DNA of 63,115 nt, the filler included, from Craspedostauros australis (taxonomy: Eukaryota): the NCBI GenBank assembly GCA_030167865.1. It is 7 parts of 7 records of this genome, joined end to end, with 100 filler letters (N's around TTAATTAATTAA, not from the genome) between each part and the next. Parts side by side here need not be neighbours in the genome. Positions count along the whole stretch, not along the records: positions 58,698 to 60,317 come from JALAGF010003003.1; positions 60,418 to 61,446 come from JALAGF010003006.1; positions 61,547 to 63,115 come from JALAGF010003007.1; 4 more parts are not named here. One strand, 5' to 3'. Under the pieces are notes generated by a model, which saw only the letters and a program-made list of their open reading frames with translations, ran no database searches and was not told where the DNA came from. This document shows positions 58,698-63,115 of this stretch, piece after piece. How positions within the stretch are numbered: the first letter of the stretch is position 1; each line of letters opens with the position of its first letter. Both the position numbers and the translations under genes were made by a program.

Positions 58698-60317
58698 GTT
58701 TGCTATTTCATTACTTGAGCACTCCGATCCTCTTGATGTCTCCGTTCTCTTGCCTGATGCTCTTGGCATATCTGTCTGTTTTGTAGATTGGGTCTCCGAC
58801 TATGAGTCGGTACACAAGATGCTCTCTCGCTCCTCTCTGTATTCTCTCTCTCTCTCTCAATATCATGTGCTTTGTGCCATACGATACTCTGTGTTTGATG
58901 CGTACTCCGTAGTCGACACTCTGTTCATTCACTACTGGCTTACTACTCCATGAGTACTTACCATTTGAACTTCACCTTCAGTATCCATGATGCTGATCCT
59001 CTTTGGTCATCGGATCTTCACCTCCTGCTCTGACTTGGAGACAGATGTCGACGTGGTGACACGATGACATCCTGTCAACGTCAGTAGGCGTCCTTCTGCT
59101 CTCCAGATGTCANNNNNNNNNNNNNNNNNNNNNNNNNNNNNNNNNNNNNNGTCATCTGAGGTTTAGTTGGGAAGTACCTCGAGATTCTCTTGGTACCATT
59201 GATGGATGGACGGACGATCTTCTAATTCTCTCAGAATCGTTGATTGCAAATTTCCTCCAGAAATCTTGCTCATGTTTCTGTGTTCCATTTCCACTGTGGT
59301 TTTGCCAATTTACAGCATATTATCAACACGAATGTAGTTGTACCGTCCATATATGTATAAGAGAATAGCGGGTGAACGATGCACATATACACGTACATCT
59401 TGACATATACTCACATGTACATCTCGACACCCTTCCTGTGTGCATTCGGTCATTCGAATGTTCTTGATGTGTCAAAGTACGACTTCTTGTGTTCACGTTG
59501 TAAGTCGGCCTTGATGTTCTTGGTGAATCCGTCGCTTGTGTTCTGCTCGGATTTGACGAAAATGATTTCGATGGTTTTGTTGATTACCATGTTCCTCACG
59601 TAGTGATGGCGCACGTCGATGTGCCGCGATCGTTGGGATGTTGATGGGTTCTTGGCAATGAAGATTGCTCCAATGTTGTCCACGTGGACCTTGATCGGTG
59701 TCTTCACTGGAACGCCCACACTTTCGAGTAGCTGCATGACGAAGAAGATTTACTTTGCTGCTTCGGAAAGGGCAACGTATTCTGCTTCAGATGAGCTGAG
59801 TGTGACGGCCTTCTGTGCCTTGGATCGCCAAAGGATTGGCACCTTGCACAGGTATTGGATGAACCCTCCTACACTAATTCTTGTGTTCTTGTCTCCTGCA
59901 TATTCGCTATTGCAGAAGAGCTCCGTGTCCCAGCTGTCGTCATCTGGACGCGCTGGATGGATCTTCAATCCATACTCCTTTGTATCGATCACATACTTGA
60001 TGATCCAATACATCTCCTTCATTGCGGCCTTGGTGGGCCCGATCAATACCTTGGAGAGTTCCCTCACAGGGTTCGCGATGTCTGGTCGCGACTGCTTGAT
60101 GAGGAAGAGTAGCATACCGACGCCTCGGCGGTATTCGGCATGTTCTTCCGGTCCGACCTTCTGCAGTCCGTTATCCTCGGATGGTCGTACAATGATTTGG
60201 CCCAGGGTTCCCGGTGTCCCGTAGCGTTGCATATTCTCAACCTTGGTTCCGAACTCTTCGATGAGATGTCGGATGAGATGTGGTTGACGCAATGTCGCTC
60301 TAGTCTTGTCATGGTTC
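58698..60317 (-). mobile_element. 3' part of a defective Ty1/Copia element: RT end and RNase H (60317-59450), PPT, 3' LTR (59429-58698)
   Basis: YRRGVGMLL..SRPDIANPVRELSK, W.SKAQKAVTLSSSEAEYVALS, DNIGAI, RSRHIDVRHHYVR, SDGFTK. In-frame TAA at 59750-59752. PPT CAGGAAGGG is followed by TGTCGAGA. Confidence 0.92.
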
Positions 60318-60417
60318 NNNNNNNNNNNNNNNNNNNNNNNNNNNNNNNNNNNNNNNNNNNNTTAATTAATTAANNNNNNNNNNNNNNNNNNNNNNNNNNN
60401 NNNNNNNNNNNNNNNNN

Positions 60418-61446
60418 GCGCCGCCAGAAGCTCTGGACTGCAGGACCTTTGCATGTCGCAATGAGATACTCTCTCAGCAACATGATGGTTGCTGATGAAG
60501 TACGCTCTGAGCTCGCCCTACTATGCTGCAACGCGGCGCACGCGTACACCGAAGGAGGAGGAGAAAGCTTGAACCCTCGCACGCTCTACTACATGATGCA
60601 CCGCATCGACGTGTTCACGCCAATGCAATTGGTGCAAGCCGTGCAACACATCAACGCAAGACTTGAGGAGCTCAACTTGCCACCCATCCACAGAGGGCTC
60701 ATCGACAGCCTGGTTCAGCATGCCGCAGAGATGCTGATGTGGATGCATCATCCAAGCGACCAAGGAGTCCGAGACCCAGAGGAGTTCATCCAGCTCCCCA
60801 TCTACCGAGCGGCCGATGCCCAACCAGACATGGCCATGGTGATCGGTGACCACCAAGACGCTCAACCAGACATGGCCATGGTGATCGGTGACCTCGACGA
60901 TGCAAGCGCACTCTGCCACACCATCGCCCCCGACCACCACGAAGCAAACACTTGGCTGGGTGATTCCGGTGCCTCATGCCACCTCACCAACAACGAAGAG
61001 GGAATGATTAACGTACGAGTGGCCAACCACTCCATCAAGATCGGCAGCGGCCGATACCTCAAGGCAACGAAGGTTGGCGATAAACGCATGATCGTGATGC
61101 AGAAGAACGGGAACCAAGCTACCACCGTGCTCAAGCAAGTGAAGTTCGTGCCCAACCTGTGGGTGAACCTCTTGAGCATCAACAAAGCTCTCGAGAACGG
61201 CTTCGACATCAGNNNNNNNNNNNNNGTGATGAGCTTGGAGAAGCGCGGGCAACGCATCACGTTCGACAGACTCATGGCAACCCATAGCGGTTTCGTGAGT
61301 GGAGTGAACATGATCAGTGCCCCTCCCCACGAAGACCAAGCCAATGTCGGCGTGTCCACCAGGTCCGCAGTGGACATCAACCAAATTCATAAAATGTTAG
61401 GCCATGTTGACACTTACACGATCTCTCGCACAGCGGGACGATACGG
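60418..61446 (+). mobile_element. Ty1/Copia gag-pol fragment (aspartic protease and GAG-pre-integrase)
   Basis: WLGDSGASCHLT, VKFVPNLWVNLLSI, HKMLGHV. 42-bp duplication starting at 60815 and 60857. Confidence 0.88.
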
Positions 61447-61607
61447 NNNNNNNNNNNNNNNNNNNNNNNNNNNNNNNNNNNNNNNNNNNNTTAATTAATT
61501 AANNNNNNNNNNNNNNNNNNNNNNNNNNNNNNNNNNNNNNNNNNNNATCCAAAGGTGTGACAAATAATGTTGGGAGTTGCGGCAATCATAGGTATCTTTC
61601 CGACAGA

Positions 61608-61879
61608 GTCGTACCCTCGATTCCTGACACGTCAAAGCCAACGTCAAATCCAACGCCAAATCCAACGCCAAAGCCAACGCCAAAGCCAACGCCAAGGCGA
61701 AGAAGTCCGGCGCTGAGAAGTTCCAGGAGGCATTGACCGAGCACAAGGCTCACCGTTGGGAGACCGCATGGTGCGATGCGTTGAAGAATGGTCCGCACGA
61801 GTACTACCGCACCGTGGACAAGTGCGTGATCGCCCATGACTCCTTCAGCTGCGTTGAGAAGGCGGATGCCGTCGCATGA
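61608..61879 (+). other. Possible terminal exon or gene remnant with a 12-bp tandem repeat (AAAGCCAACGCC)
   Basis: Repeat at ~61630-61695, then codon-biased KAKKSGAEKFQEALTEHKAHRWETAWCDALKNGPHEYYRTVDKCVIAHDSFSCVEKADAVA*. An in-frame stop lies at 61625 and there is no start. Confidence 0.35.
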
Positions 61880-63115
61880 GAGTTGTAGATGAGTCCCTTC
61901 AATCGCATGATTGCACAGATCGCTAACTGCATGGCAGCCAATCGCCAATACTCTAGTAACAACACACAATCATATGGTACCCATACACATCTACTCGACT
62001 AGTGCTCAACGTGCCATTTCGTTTCATGACTCCAGCCACACAGCGCAGAGCGGACACTTGCGAAACAAGCAGGGATCGAGCAGCAAACCAAACAGAGCAC
62101 GAAGGGCAACTTGTCCCTCTCCTGCATTGTCGATTCACTCATTGCTGAGGAGGAAGGGTGAACAGGAGAGTCACTTGTGTGCGATATAAGCGATGACAAC
62201 CCACGTGGGCTTACTCGGAAGAACGGTCCTCCTTTCCGAAATTGCAGCGATGGCAAGGGTGATGAAGATGAGCAGGGAGAACTGGAATGCAGCGGTAGAG
62301 GCAGGCTATTGTGGAATGTGCGCTGTCTATTCACAACACCCCATTACCATTCTTCATCGTGGCATGTATCGCCAACCTCTCTATTCGCTATCCTTGCATG
62401 TCCTTCATTGTGGTCGATGGCGCTGCCACGATTGTGCAGGATCCCCGCTTGATCTTTCACCACAAAACACGACTTCGGACTGATCGCTCCTGTTAGAACG
62501 AAATCAAGGATGGGATTCCGTTCTAACAGATTAACAGTCGCAAGCTTTCACCTACTGAATTGATTGCGTGACAATCCATCCATCCTTCATCCCTCGTCCA
62601 TCCACGNNNNNNNNNNNNNNNNNNNNNNNNNNNNNNNNNNNNNNNNNNNNNNNNNNNNNNNNNNNNNNNNNNNNNNNNNNNNNNNNNNNNNNNNNNNNCT
62701 GCTGAGTTCGGGCCTTCCCACTCAGCCATCCAAGACTTCCTGCAGCACCCTCCCGCACCAGAAGACGATTCAGTCAGTGCACTTCAGCCTCAGCTATCCT
62801 TCAGCCTCCAGCATCCTCATCCACTTGCTCCATCCATCCATCGCCAATCATGTCGACTCCTGAGATGGACCTCGCCACCCTGGATCACATCCTCGGTGTC
62901 ATTGGCATTCCTTTGGACTCCACTCCTCGCGANNNNNNNNNNNNNNNNNNNNNNNNNNNNNNNNNNNNNNNNNNNNNNNNNNNNNNNNNNNNNNNNNNNN
63001 NNNNNNNNNNNNNNNNNNNNNNNNNNGATGGCGAAACCATCGTCGCCGTACTCGGAGTGAACCACATCCGCAAGATCCTCAACCTTGGCAAGTGGTATCT
63101 CACCCAAGCCATCCT

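Noticed and set aside
58698..61446. Copia RT/RNase H and gag-pol fragments as one rearranged element
   Set aside because: They are separate contigs joined by a linker; orientation and linkage are arbitrary.
23237..61546. Six regularly flanked TTAATTAATTAA repeats that could look like piggyBac TTAA targets or an array
   Set aside because: Always centred in 100-nt N blocks and encoding stops in all frames: an artificial joining linker.
62550..63115. Possible coding or TE fragment at the window end
   Set aside because: Split by N runs and contains no diagnostic motif.

Overview
Eukaryotic nuclear DNA, most likely from a (pennate) diatom. The evidence is GT-AG introns, ASAFAP-like plastid presequences, a PTS1-bearing thiolase, and kinase, LRR, ankyrin and M6-protease genes of types that are expanded in diatoms. 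The window is seven pieces joined by an artificial N44-TTAATTAATTAA-N44 linker, so adjacency across linkers is not evidence. Bases 1-37.3 kb are gene-rich: peroxisomal thiolase (3 exons), two head-to-head paralogous kinases, Misato/DML1, an SPX-EXS (XPR1/PHO1-like) phosphate exporter (3 exons), a secreted CIA30-like protein, a candidate 44-aa microprotein missed by the ORF track, two putative plastid proteins (one cut by a Copia LTR), a TPR protein, a membrane-anchored M6 metalloprotease (2 exons) and an ankyrin protein. Bases 37.9-46.5 kb hold an apparently intact ~8.5 kb two-ORF LINE (ORF2 = APE-RT-RNase H-Zn finger, Ambal-like). It has an unusual C/A-rich spacer and a structured 3' UTR, and lies next to an orphaned host exon. 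The remainder holds ankyrin and LRR genes, STAND/AAA-ATPase family fragments (one a pseudogene), LTRs, a decayed piggyBac and Copia fragments with CpG-deamination damage. I cannot demonstrate a wholly new system from sequence alone. The best leads are the intact LINE with its odd non-coding architecture, the microprotein, and the TE-disrupted genes.
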